Of a stretch of DNA of 64,000 nucleotides, positions 32,167 to 44,284 are shown one piece after another. A model generated the notes under the pieces. The model made no database searches. It saw nothing but the letters and a program-made list of their open reading frames with translations, and was not told the origin of the DNA. The position numbers and the translations under genes are program-made. How positions within the stretch are numbered: position 1 is the stretch's first letter; each line of letters begins with the position of its first letter. This DNA comes from Macrostomum lignano. Taxonomy: Eukaryota. Location: positions 1 through 64,000 of the forward strand of contig NIVC01002119.1 in assembly GCA_002269645.1 (NCBI GenBank). The letters are read 5' to 3'.

Positions 32167-33267
32167 TGATGGCTCTGGTGGAGCCGAATCGAGCGTGCGT
32201 CTGCAGGTCCTCAAATAGCTGCCCCTGCTTAGCGAGCTCTTCAACAGTACTAGCTGAGGCTGAAGATGGGGAGAGTTGAGCTTGCTTTCATTCATTAAAC
32301 CTCATCGACGGGGGGCGTAGCCCAGTGTACAGCGCGGCGCTCTGATGTGCCGGCGGCCCATGCTCGATTCCAAGTGCAGTCACATTAATCTCGGCTTGGG
32401 TCTGATCGTGCAATTAACGCCCTTGAGGGCCAACCGCCAAGGCACAGTGAAGTTAGGACCGCTGTACACTCCTGTGTGAGTGTGTGCTTGTGCGTATGAC
32501 TGCGTACGTATCCACGCGCTTGTGTGCCTGCTCAGGGTTTGTTGTGGCCGCTGGCCAAATGAATAAGTCACTTCACTTGAGACGAAGGAGAGGAGAGGTA
32601 GCTCTCAGCTATAGTGTTAGCCAATATATATTATGATGATACGAGCGCGTAGATGTACATCGGTGCGCGTACGTTGCACAGGCAATGCCTCTTGCCGGTT
32701 GTGTGACACAATGACGCTTAAAGTGCTGGGCTAGGGTGCACACAGCCCTCCTGCCTCTAACCAAACCTCATCGACAGGCTCGGGGTCTGCAACATCCCAC
32801 CTAATGTGACCATACAAAGTCTCAAACTTTCTGGCAAGTCGAGACTCGTGCTGTTCGCGGTCAAGTCCGGTAGCCAAGTCAACGTCCTGGACTCGTTCCT
32901 CACGCCCGTCAACTGCAACCGGTCTCTCCTCGTGTCGCCGATCGTCGGACCGCCTCCGCTCGGCTTCTGGCGCTCGTGTTGGCTCGACCGACTTCCGGAT
33001 CTCGTGAGACTCGTGTCCGGCAGTACGATCTCAGTCGAGCTGCTCAAGAACGGCGTCACGGCGCTGAAGATCTCGTTTGATGCCAGTTTCACGGAACTGA
33101 ATGCGACGAACTGGTTCAGCAAGGACAGGCATGGAATTGCAATGTTGAAAACTTGAATGCATTTCTTGAACAAGAACTACGCCAAATGCGCAGCTGATGA
33201 TGGAACCCTGGTTGAGCTTCTGCAAGCCCGTGAAGCCTGGTGGAACTCAGCGGCACTGCTCTTCTAA
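32167..33267 (+). pseudogene. Probably disrupted gene for an uncharacterised invertebrate domain; candidate exons about 32167-32207 and 32778-33267
   Basis: Reads LVLFAVKSG..NVLDSF...ISVELLKNGVTALKISFDASFTELNATNWFSKDR, then an in-frame TGA (33154-33156), then FLNKNYAKCAADDGTLV in the same frame. This resembles a recurrent mollusc/amphioxus repeat domain (..NWFS..R...FFIN.NYGGC..D.GWL), from memory only. A SINE sits in the putative first intron. Confidence 0.4.
32310..32762 (+). mobile_element. tRNA-derived SINE (family A), full length, 13-bp TSD
   Basis: G-run start, A-box TAGCCCAGTG and B-box-like GCTCGATTCC. Body homologous to 38009-38373. TSD AAACCTCATCGAC at 32297-32309 and 32763-32775. 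Confidence 0.85.
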
Positions 33268-36200
33268 GGAATCTTAATTGGGACAATCTATAGTAGCAAA
33301 GTTTAACAAGGGAGTCAAGCAAGATCTAGATCAAACGAAGCGCTTCGATTTCGAAAAGCACTTCTTTCCCTGGCTGCCGATGGGAGAACCATAACTGCCA
33401 CGCCCAAAAATTGAGCAGAACATTTGAGACCAAACTGTGAAAGTGAGAGTTGGGAAAAAACGCTCGCAACCAAGAACTGAGTTCGTGAATAGACTTGAAT
33501 ATTTCATGAGTTAATCATTTCTATCCTACAATTTTTTTGAGTACTCAACAATAATGGTCGACCAGTCGCTTGGCTGACTCGCCACGGCTTTTGGGATCGA
33601 CAGCCCGCATTTGAGCTGAGCTGGAAACCTGGCAGTCCGACTGCCACTCAGCTTGCAATAAAAGTGCGGTGCTCTTGGCAGGCCAAGGACTCCTAGATGA
33701 ATGGACAGACAGCCAGCTGAGCCACAGACACAATGACGGATGCCTTTTTAAAAACTTCTGTGAATCAGATCGGGAAAAAGGCGGTTCTCCGTTCATTCGG
33801 AATTTGACATCATTTCAAAGGGCCACGCGCCAAAGACGGAGGATTACTCAGAGTCTCCACCGCTGAAAGGAGCATGGGGAGACAAATGGGAGGGGCTCCA
33901 GCCCGCCTCGCTCTCACAAAGCGAAGCAGAGTTAGAAATTCTATAAGCATTCAATCTTTTTCGTTCGTCCCTACACGCTTGCTCAGACCTCGACTCTATC
34001 AAAGCGATTCGTTTTTTGACTCGTCTTTGGCAGAACTGAAGGGGCAAAATAGATTTTTACTACCTTTAAGCATTCGCTTCAAGCCTTCAGTGATCAAATT
34101 TAGTGTAGCGATGTAGACAAAAAGTGAAAAAGATTTTAAAAGGTGGAAAGGACAAAAGATAGGCCGGAGGCTGATAGATGCGGCTTTATGAGCGAAAGTT
34201 GTGGCATTTAGATGATTATCAGGTGCGCCGGCCCACTGCCCCGGCCATAAACGAAATGTCAAGCGAGCAACAGCCTCTTATGGAGGAGGGCCAAAATTCT
34301 GAATGCCTGCCCTCATCCTAAGGGCAGTCTGTGACAAGTCGTTGGTCGTTGGACGATGAAGCTTTTAGAAAATTGAATTCAGGAAGCTCTGTGATACAAG
34401 AATGCGTTGGCATCGGGATCACTAAGCATCGGAGGATGGAGATTATCTCCATCTCATCTGGCATTTATTTTCATTTTTTATTACATTCATTACCAATCTA
34501 TATTATTTGTGTAACCTATAAACAATTTATAACCATTAGTTCCTATATACCTTTTACATACCTTTTGTTATGTTTTCAGGTTAGTTCAATATGCTTAAGG
34601 CGTTAATTATTAGTGCTGATATCATAGCAGACTTTTACGCTGCTCCAGGGTTCTTAATTCTTCACAGTTCTCACAGCGGGCTTTTAACCCAAGCCTGTTT
34701 TGGCAGCTTCATTTAGTCCATAGATAAAACAAAACGCGTCAAACTGCATATGCAATAATAAATAATATCTATATTATAGTCACGTCATATCACCTTTTAT
34801 ATCAAAAGTATCGTAGAAGCTCCTTCACGTAAATATTTTGACAAAGTTATTCTCGGGATTTTTTACATTAAATTTCATAATCTTCGTGAAATTGCACCCT
34901 TACCATTTTTCCTGAACGCAACTTCAATATCGAATTTTATTAAGATCAATTGATTTATGCCTCATTTTTATGATGAGTTAATTTAGGCAATTTCTCCATA
35001 CATTTTGTTGCAGTTTAGGATCAAATACATGTACTATTCAAAACAAATGTCCAATGCCCCTAAGGTCTCATAAATGTATTTGTATATGTACATACCGCTA
35101 TAAGTAGATACAGAAGTTTGAAGCCTTAGACAAGATTGTCAACTGATTGTTTTAATCCTAATCAAGGGTGACTCAAGTTGATGAGATGACTATCGCAATT
35201 TTTGTGTTGGAGAAGTAGAGTATTTCGTTTGGATCGCCACCGCTCTCCCAGCACAAAGACGACTTTATAAGATATCCTCGTCTCAGCAGTCGCCAGTCTC
35301 CCCAAAAAATCGATGAACCACAGTAACTGAATTAATAATTTCCAGCCGCGTTACCATCTGAACTACTACCTGCTGGGGGGGGGGGCGGGCAAGGGGCCAT
35401 GGGGGCCGGCGTGGCCAAAAAATAGTCTATAATTTTTTGCCTGTAACTATGCAAGGTATTCTGTTTACTAAAGCTGGGTCGCAGTTGCTGGGTATAGTTT
35501 GACCCCACCCCCTAAAAAATTTTGGGTCCGCCCGGACAATAAATAGCCTGGCTGCAGCTGATGAAAGCAACGCGCGGGAGCCATGCCTCGCTAGTAGCGC
35601 AGGTCAAAGAGTCGACGGCCGCAGTGAACGCTAATCATCTCGGAGCACTGAGGAAGGCCTGAGGACCTCATCGAAACATCGCCTGAGTGATTTAACTTAC
35701 CAGACAAGGACCACTTGGAATATGAGGTCTATCTTACGGCGGAGAACTACAATATTAAGGACTTACTGAGTCTCCTCAAATAATAAGTCTTAGAAATTGT
35801 CGGAATTGTGATAAAACCTGTAATTATTATTTAAAAGTATTACAGTAACACGCACTCTCATTAGAAAATATAGTATCGTTGTTTTACTGCGCAGCTATTT
35901 TTCATAGAAATGCACCGTGAACCCCTGGCAGAACCAAAAGGCGGCCTGCAGTCTGCAGATCATCGGTCGAAGGTTAGTAGGGAAAATTTATATAGACAGT
36001 TACGAATAGTGTGTCAAATCATGATGTCTTGCCAATTTATTGGCAAAAGTTGCAATTTATCAACTGATTCCAAAAGAATCGTATAATAAAAGGCAAGAAC
36101 CTTTTAAATAGGGACCTACATAGGGCCTTGATTTTTTGTCACTGTTCTTTATGTAGCCATCTTGGTCATGCGCCAACATAGGGCATAAACAAAATTGGGG

Positions 36201-36760
36201 TGAGGCGTATGAAAAGATCTAGGAAAATTAATTTAGACTACTAATACTGTGGGTCCATCACCTCTATGCATGCCATAAATATGCCTTGGTTTAAAAGTAT
36301 CTCTATAGCCTAGTGAACAAGGCCTATGTTATAATTTTAAAAATTGTTGAAATATTATTGATAATGAATGCTTTTTATAATTTAGTGATTGACTGATTAG
36401 CAATAGCATTACTGCATTACCATTACATTAGCATTCAAAGTTCAATAGCTTTATACTAATAGGCTTTTATAACTCAATATAACTCAATAATTCATAACTC
36501 AATATATATTAAATATATATATTAAACAAGCTGTTGAAACCCGCGGATTTTGAACCCGGGGAATTTCAATCCCTGGAACTACTTTTGCATGTATTCTGAA
36601 ATCTAAGGTCATACACAAACAAAAACTTGTTAATAGTTAGTAGGATAGAGGTAGACATAAAATGGACACATTTGTGCAAAATTAGGATTTGAGGCAAACA
36701 TTGATATTGTTGGCTGGGGTACTGCACAGAATGTCAGGCAATGTCTGTCTGACTCTAAAA

Positions 36761-37970
36761 CATGTATTGGCAAACTCTGGCCTCTCCCTGACTCTCCCTA
36801 TGTCCCTTGGATCCTTTAAAATTTCTATCGTCTCTTCTGTTTCCTCTCTTCTCTCTTGTCCCTCGTCTCTCCTCTCTCTTCTCTCCTCTCTCCTCTCTTT
36901 TCTCATATCTTCCCTCATCTCTCATCTCTTGTCTCTTCTCCCTACTCTTTCCTCTCTCTCTCCTCTCTACTTTTTGTTTTCTCTCTTCTCTCCTCTCTCC
37001 TGTCTCCTCTCTACTTTTCGTTTTCTCTCTCCTCTCCTCTTTCCTCTCTACTCTTTCGTTTTCTCTCTCCTCTCCTCTCTCCTATCTTCTTTTGTATCTT
37101 CCCTCATCTCTCTTCTCTTTCATATCTCTTATCTCATCTCTTCCCTTTTCTTTTCTCTCTCCTCTCCTCTCTCCTCTCTATTTTTTCGTTTTCTCTCTTC
37201 TCCTCTCTCTCCTCTCTCCCCCTCTTCTCTCGTCTCTTCCTTCTCCTCTCTATTCTTTTCTCTCTTCTCTTAACTCTCTCCTCTCTCCTCTCTACTCTTT
37301 CCTCTCTCTCTCCTCTCTCCCCTCTTCTCTCGTCTCTTCTCTCACCTCTTTCCTCTTTCTCTTTCCTTACTCCTCTTTTCTTTTCTCTTCCCTCTTCTAT
37401 ACTCTCTCTCCTCTATTATCTTCTCTCGTCTCTCTGCACTCTCCTCTCACCTTTTTCATCTCTCATCTTTACTCTCTCATCTTTCCTTTCATTTGTCTCA
37501 TCTCTACAATCTCATCTCTCCTTTCTCCCCTCTTCTTACACCCCTCTCAGATCTCTATCTCTTCTCTTCTCACTCCTCTCTCCCCCTCTTATCTCCTCTC
37601 TTCTCTATCCTTTCTACTCTCTCCTCTCCTCTTGACCCTCTGTCATCTTCTTTCTGCTCTCTCATCTCTACTCTCTTCTCACTCTTCTCTACTCTCCTCT
37701 CATCGATCCTCTGTCTCATCTCTCCCCTCTTCTCACCTTTACTCTTTCCTCTCCCTCCTTTCTCCCCTCCTCTCACTTCTTCCTCCCTTCTTCTCTGCTC
37801 TCTGCTCACCACTTATCTTCTTATCTTCTTATCTTCCATGTTTTCTCTTATCCCCCTCTCGCCTCTCCTCTCTTCTAATAGTCTATTCCTTTTCTTTTCC
37901 ACTCTCATCTGGTCCGCACATAAGCTGGATTCTTTATCTGGCTTTTGAAGTAAAAGTCTGCCGATCCCTG
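36761..37970 (-). mobile_element. Same hAT MITE family, with the CT/GA tract expanded to about 1.05 kb
   Basis: Right end reverse-complements to CAGGGATCGGCAGACTTTTACTTCAAAAGCCAGATAAAGAATCC, homologous to the 55271 start. Left TIR-like CATGTATTGGCAAAC. Flanks CTCTAAAA / CTTCGAAA. Confidence 0.65.
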
Positions 37971-38008
37971 CTTCGAAAGCAAGTTTGTGGGACGTACTAC
38001 TCTCATCG

Positions 38009-38373
38009 GGGGGGGGGGCCGTAGCCCAGCGGTCTAGCGCAGGCTCTGGTGTGCCAGCGACCCAGGCTCGATTCCAAGTGCAGTCACATTAATTTGGGGC
38101 CAAATTGGAATCTCGGCTTGGCTCTGCTCGTGCAATTAACGGCCTTGAGAGCCAACCCCTCAAGGCGCAGTGAAGTGTACATGCCTAACGATAAAATAAA
38201 GTAGGGCCGCTGTACACTCCTGTGTGAGTGTGTGCCTGCGTACGTATCTGCGCGCTTGTATGCCTGCTCAGGGGAGTCGGCGGAATGGGCAGTAATGCCT
38301 CTCGCCGGTTGTGTGCCTATGTCGCTTAAAGTGCGCCAGGGTGCACACAACCCCCCTGCCTTTAATAAAAAAA
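38009..38373 (+). mobile_element. tRNA-derived SINE (family A), full length, A-tail, 13-bp TSD
   Basis: A-box TAGCCCAGCGG, B-box-like GCTCGATTCC, tail [30 protein letters not shown] at 37996-38008 and 38374-38386. Confidence 0.88.
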
Positions 38374-40894
38374 ACTACTCTCATCGTTATTCTCATGCTT
38401 TGATCACGTCATCTTTCTTGCCAATTTGCAGCCCTGAAAGGAATTTGTGTATCTTCAGCTCCACTGCAGTCTGTATCAGTCTAACAACCAAGGAAATATG
38501 CATTTCTTAGGAGGCCATTTAAAATTTACACAGTACCTTTAAAAGAAACCTAAAATTTCCATGGTGTGCCTAGGGTTGTATTGCATTGCATCGCATTGCC
38601 TTTTCATAAATATTTCGCTCTTACAAACCATGCTGGATTCCCTCGATTTGCCAATTGCCATCCAGTGTTAAACTCTGCAGAGTTTGCCAATACAGAGGGG
38701 AGGGGAGGGCAGTGGTTAGAATTTCTCACTAAACTGTTATGGCTAAACGTAGCCTCTCCACTCTCGGGGTGCAGAGAAGGTTATAAATAAAGTTATTCCA
38801 AAACACTGTACATTTGCTATGTACATTCAGTCCTATCGCCTGACCCTTCGTCTGGCTCTGGGGGAATGAGTGAGTGAGTGGCACAAACAACAGAAAAAGC
38901 AGACAAACTTCACATGCTTACAGTTTCTTTTTCGGTTGAGTTATAGAGTTGAAACTTTACATTTAGATAGAGAATGAGTCAATGAAGAATTGTGTCAAGT
39001 TTGAAGTCAATCGCTTCACGTGGAGCAAACTTATGGCAGCTGAAAGTTAGTCAATTTTGAAACCCTTTTACACATCTGGGCCCAGATCGGGATCGGGAAA
39101 GAGAGGCAGGCGGGCGGAGGTTGGGGTGGTTGCTACGCTGAAAAAAACAGCCTAACTTTAAAAGTGCACAGCGCCGTTCAGGATTAACTTTGAGACTCGA
39201 AATTTTACATGATTGTGCCAAAATAGTTTAAGATTATCTGTGTCAAATTTGAAGAGAATCGGTAGAAGTGGAGCGGCGCTATGGAGGATTTAGTGAAAAA
39301 ATCGCGCATTTTGAGCAGTTTTTTGTACTTTTAGGTAGGAAGACTTGAGTCTAGGAAATTAAAAGGTAGCCTAAGACATTCTCCGTAGTAAGTTTAGGGT
39401 GGGTGTAAAGTTTGGTGTAATTTGGTTGAGCGGTTTGGGAGTCCATAGCGATCAAAATTGTCCACACACAGACAGACACACACACACACAGAGTTTTGAT
39501 TTTTATATGTAGAGATATATATTAAATATTGAGTTTTATAACTCAATATAACTCTAGCTAAGCCTTACCTAGCCTCTAATAAAATTATAGGAAGTGCTTA
39601 TCCCCATGGTCCCGTGCCAATAATTCAAATTTTATCTACATGGATCTATGTTGATAATTTCCAGCTTATCCCCATGGCAGCTTATTGAAATAGCTGCTAC
39701 CATTCAAGATTCAAGTCTATATTATAGGCCATGTCAATAATTCCAATTTTATCCACACAAATCCATGTCAATAATTTTCAGCTTATTCCCATGGCTAAGA
39801 TTGTGCAGTTGTTTGTGTTTTGTTTTGTGTTCTGATGTTAAATTTATATTTTCATTATTATTATATTATTATTATTATTATTATTATCATTATTATTACT
39901 ATATTTTGAATTTTGAATTTTGCAAGTCTCATTCACCTTGATCTTAGGGTTTATTCGGTCATTTTAAGCAAAGCTAGCAGCTAAGTGAATATTTAAAATT
40001 AACCCTTTTAACAACAAAAAAGTTTTAACAAAGTACTTGATATTATTCGGAACATTTGTAAAACAGTGAAAACAAATAGATGGTTTTTGAACATATTCAT
40101 TTTAAGGCTCTCTATTCTAATAAGCTACCATAGGGATAAGCACTTCCAAAATTATATTGCCTAGGCTTATTTATTGAAAACAAAACTAAATGACCCTAGC
40201 CTAGCCAAGGCAATATTTTAATAGGCCTAAGAGTATATTATATATTATAATAGCCTTAACCTTAAGCTTAGTCTAATCTGATAAAGGCTAAAATAGTAAA
40301 ATATATTTAGACTGCTTTTAGACTCAACTCTGAAATTGGTTGTTATTGTTCATAGGCCTATAATAATATAATATGTAAATAATATATAATCATTTAATCA
40401 TCTAGATTCTAGACTAAAGTAGTGTATATTTTTTAAATATAAATTTTTTAATACTAATAGCTATAAATACTAATAGGCTTCCTTGATAGATTAATTTAAA
40501 CAAATGATATTTAATTATAGTATAAATAGGCTTAGTTATTTATAATTTATTTGTTTAAAAAAGAATATTTAGAGTTAGAGATCTAGTAAAAAAATTCCTA
40601 TATCTATATCTACTAACAATATCTCAAAAATTTTCCCATAAGTCTATCTGTGTCTTTTTCTATACCGTACCTATAGCAAAAAAGTTTCTATGATTTCTCA
40701 ACTTTCTTACTTTCTTACTATATTTGCAATGTGCCATTAGCCATATTTGGTGAGAATGTCATAAATTGGGATTATAAGCATTGTGACTTCTTGTTGCTAA
40801 TGTCAACTATTATAGTTGTGGAAATGAAGCTCTGAATAAAGTTTTTTAGACAGTGCTCAATGTATATGTGGCATTTTAATAATTTGTTTTTTTC

Positions 40895-41090
40895 TCCTTT
40901 CTCTTCTCTCCATTAGTTTTTTTCTCTCCTCTCTTCTTTTCCTCTCCCATTTCTTCTCTTCCCTCTCCTCTCTCATCTCTTCTCCTTTCCTCTTCTCTCT
41001 CCCTTCTCTCCACTATCCCCTTTCTTCTCTCCCCCTGCTCTCTCCTCTCCCCTCTCTTCTCTCCTCCCCTCTCTTCTCTCATTTGTATTC
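40895..41090. repeat. CT-rich tract upstream of SF3B5
   Basis: Polypyrimidine low complexity. Confidence 0.8.
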
Positions 41091-41209
41091 TCATAATGTT
41101 TAAGTAAACTCAACAATGCCAAACCTGCAGTTCCAATTCCAAGTTCCTACAAGAAACAGTTCAGACACAAAAGCCTGCATCACACTGAAACTTCAGCGCA
41201 ATCTCAGTC

Positions 41210-41467
41210 ATGGGCGAGAGGTTCAACGTGCACACCCAGTTAGAGCACCTCCAGGCCAAGTATGTTGGCACTGGCCACGCCGACACAAACAAGTGGGAGT
41301 GGCTCACCAACCAGCACCGGGACACCTGCGCCTCTGTGCAGGGCCACCCGGACTTGCTCAACATGATTGCCATCGCTGAGAATGAGAGCCGGGCCCGAGT
41401 CAGGTTCAACCTGATGGAGAAGATGCTGCAGCCGTGCGGACCGCCGCCAGAGAAAACTGAAGTCTAA
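41210..41467 (+). CDS. SF3B5: Splicing factor 3B subunit 5 (SF3b10), single exon, 85 aa
   Basis: Near-invariant SF3B5 signature QLEHLQAKYVGTGHADTNKWEW..NQHRD and IAENESRARVRFNLMEKMLQPCGPP. Confidence 0.98.
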   Translation: MGERFNVHTQLEHLQAKYVGTGHADTNKWEWLTNQHRDTCASVQGHPDLLNMIAIAENESRARVRFNLMEKMLQPCGPPPEKTEV

Positions 41468-41689
41468 TTTAAAAACTTTACTGTTCAAATTTATGCAAAA
41501 ATTTCATGTGTACATTTTTTATGCTCGTAAATATACCAGCACTCAAATTTCAGTGCAAAGTAGAAGCTTCTTGTGTGTCGCTGCTTAATAATTATACAAC
41601 AATATTTAATTATTCAGATTTATCCCTAAAACTTATGAATCTTCATCGACACTGTGATCCCCATTTCTTGAGTCCCCACCGATCCCCAA

Positions 41690-42015
41690 CCCCAGATCCC
41701 CGACCGAAATTCGATTCCCAATCCCAGATCCCCAAATTAAATCCCCAATCCTAGATTCCCAATCCCAGATCCCCAAATTAGATCCCAAATCCCAGCTTCC
41801 AAAACCCAGATCCGCAAATTAGATCTCCAATCCCAGATCCCCAATCCCAGATCCCCAATCCCAAATCCCCAAATCCAGATCCCCAAACCCAGATCCGCAA
41901 GTTAGATCCCCAATCCTAAATCCCCAAATCCAGATCCCCAAACCCAGATCCGCAAATTAGATCCCCAATCCCAGATCCCCAAATCCAGATCCCCAAACCC
42001 AGATCCCCAATCCCC
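41690..42015. repeat. Degenerate 14-15-bp CAGATCCCCAAATCC repeat between SF3B5 and the arrestin gene
   Basis: Imperfect tandem units. Confidence 0.9.
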
Positions 42016-42155
42016 AGTCTCAGTTTTTATGTCCGCACTGATTTCCAAACCCCCGTATTAACCTCCAACGGGCACAACTTCCAGCGCGCAGAGTCCCCCA
42101 GACTCGTAGAGCTGACAGCAGCCGGAACAGGCCCACAAGCCAAGCAGAAGCAGCC

Positions 42156-44144
42156 ATGAACGAAGCGGCCCTGTGCCTCAACCAGAGCAGCTACCATGCC
42201 GGCGAGATTGTCTACGGCGCCGCCTACATCTGCATCTGCCGGCCAACGCAGATTCGCTCGCTGCAGATTCGCATCCAGGGCACCGAGACTGGTTAGTTCT
42301 GCTCTGTCATCTGTAGTCTGATAGCAGCTATGAGCAATAGAGCACTTCAAGCTGCGAATTACGTAGAATCGAGTTTGGGACCTCTGGAATGGCTGGCGCT
42401 GGCTGGGCGCGGGTCCTGACCGAAGCCTATTGCCCTGGTCCGCTGCTGGGGCTGGGGTTGAAAGGGGCGAACCCAGCCAGCCAAGAGAAGTCCACTCTCG
42501 AACTGCAATCTCCATTTCCAGTCACGTGGAGCCGGCGCAAGGGCCAGAGCAGCTCAGCCTGCCTCATCGACCAGTCCTACGAGCTGCTCAGCTTGCCCCA
42601 GCCAATCCCGTTCGGCAGCTACCTGATCCCCTTCAAGCTGCCGCTGCCCAACCTGCTGCCCGCCAGCTTCTACTTTGCCGAGTTTGACGAGCTCTGCTGC
42701 GAGGCCAGCGACCTGCCCGAGGCCTGCCGGGTGGCCTACAGCATCAGCCTGGCGTCGCCGCAGAGTCAGCGCTTCGGCGCCCGCCTCGACCTGCTGGTGG
42801 ACGAGGAAGTGCCGGGCTCCGAGGAGGCGCTCTCCGTGAATGACTCGCTGAACCTGTCCGTCATCCCGGCCATGCGCAAGACGCTGCGACTCGGCCTCAG
42901 CCTGGACCGGCAGGCTGTCCGCTTCGGCGAGTTTCTCACCGTCACCCTGCGGCTGGTCAATGAGACCCGGCGGACCATCGAGAACGTCGCCATCAAGCTG
43001 CTGCGCCGCATCTCCGTGGCCTGCGTTGACAACGGCGAGCAGCTGCAGCAGTTGCAGCCGCACGATCCGACCAAGTGTCCGCACTGCGTCAGCGTCTGCT
43101 CTACATGGTGGTCCATGCTCATGCCCGGCAGCGATCCCGAGGTCAGGCTGCGGGATCTGTTAAGTGTAGGCTGTGGGATCTGCCAGTGCAGGCTGTGGGA
43201 TCTGTTAGTGTAGGCTGTGGGATCTGTTAGTGTAGGCTGTGGGATCTGTTAAGTGTAGGCTGTGGGATCTGTTAGTGTAGGCTGTGGGATCTGTTAGTGC
43301 AGGCTGTGGGATCTGCCAGTGCAGGCTGCGGGATCTGTTAGTGCAGGCCGTGGGATCTGTTAGTGTAGGCTGTGGGATCTGTTAAGTGTAGGCTGTGGGA
43401 TCTGTTAGTGTAGGCTGTGGGATCTGCCAGTGCAGGCTGTGGGATCTGTTAGTGTAGGCTGTGGGATCTGTTAGTGTAGGCTGTGGGATCTGTTAAGTGT
43501 AGGCTGTGGGATCTGTTAAGTGTAGGCTGTGGGATCTGCCAGTCGCGTGGGATCTGTTAGTGCAGGCCGTGGGATCTGTTAGTGCAGGCCGTGGGATCTG
43601 TTAGTGCAGGCCGTGAGATCTGTTAGTGCAGGCTGTGGGATCTGCCAGTGCAGGCTGTGGGATCTGCCAGTGCAGGCTGTGGGATCTGCCAGTGCAGGCT
43701 GTGGGATCTGCCAGTGCAGGCTGTGGGATCTGCCAGTAGATCTATGTAAAGCTTGGTTCCACATCCCCGCAGGTGATCGAGTGCGGCTTCGACGATCTGA
43801 AGATCCCGATCCCGTCGCCAACGCCGTGCGACTTCGCACAGACGGTGAACTCGCACCGGCTCACCTGCCAGCACTTCCTGCAGTTGCTGGTGTCGCTGGA
43901 CGGCGGCCGTCGCCTCCAGACGGAGGTCCGCCTGCCGCTGGTGCGCGCCCACGCCGGTGCGCAGTCGGCCACCTGGCAGCAGCTCGAGCAGCCGCTGCCT
44001 CACTGGCTGGCCGGCTGCTCGGCTTTGCTCAGCCAGTCGGCCAGCTTGCCGCTGCGGCCGGACGAAGTGCTGGGCACCAACTTTGCCGGCATGCCGGTGC
44101 TGCGCTCGCTGCCCGCCAGCGCTTTGGTCACCGACTTTGCCTGA
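42156..44144 (+). CDS. Arrestin domain-containing (alpha-arrestin-like) protein, 3 exons: 42156-42291, 42522-43141, 43773-44144, about 375 aa
   Basis: Arrestin_N start YHAGEIVYGAAYI...IRSLQIRIQGTE, then GSYLIPFKLPLPNLLPASF and CRVAYSI. Arrestin_C-like DRQAVRFGEFLTVTLRLVNETRRTIENVAIKLLR. GT-AG junctions in phase 1 and 0; total 1128 nt. Confidence 0.88.
43146..43738. repeat. 22-bp minisatellite GTGTAGGCTGTGGGATCTGTTA filling arrestin intron 2
   Basis: Occupies nearly the whole 631-nt intron. Confidence 0.96.
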
Positions 44145-44284
44145 GACTCCCTGCTTACTGTGGCTTGCTGTCCTGTTCCTATCGGTGATCTCATGCGATC
44201 TCGTGTGTGCAATTTGTAACGATTTAACCCCGTATAGAATAAAATTCCCACTTGCGCCCCCCTTCTGTTCCAAGATGGGCTTCT

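Larger units (their letters stand above)
36521..39515 (+). mobile_element. Putative non-autonomous Helitron/Helentron-like element with nested MITE and SINE
   Basis: Starts AAACAAGCTGTTGAAACCCGCGG after (TA)n. Has three degenerate TGTGTCAA(G/A)TTTGAAG..AATCG modules (39.0, 39.24, 39.41 kb). Ends with a CAGACAGACACACAC microsatellite and TTTTTATATGTAGAGAT. The two flanks rejoin as one AT-rich palindromic sequence. Classification is from recalled architecture. Confidence 0.4.
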
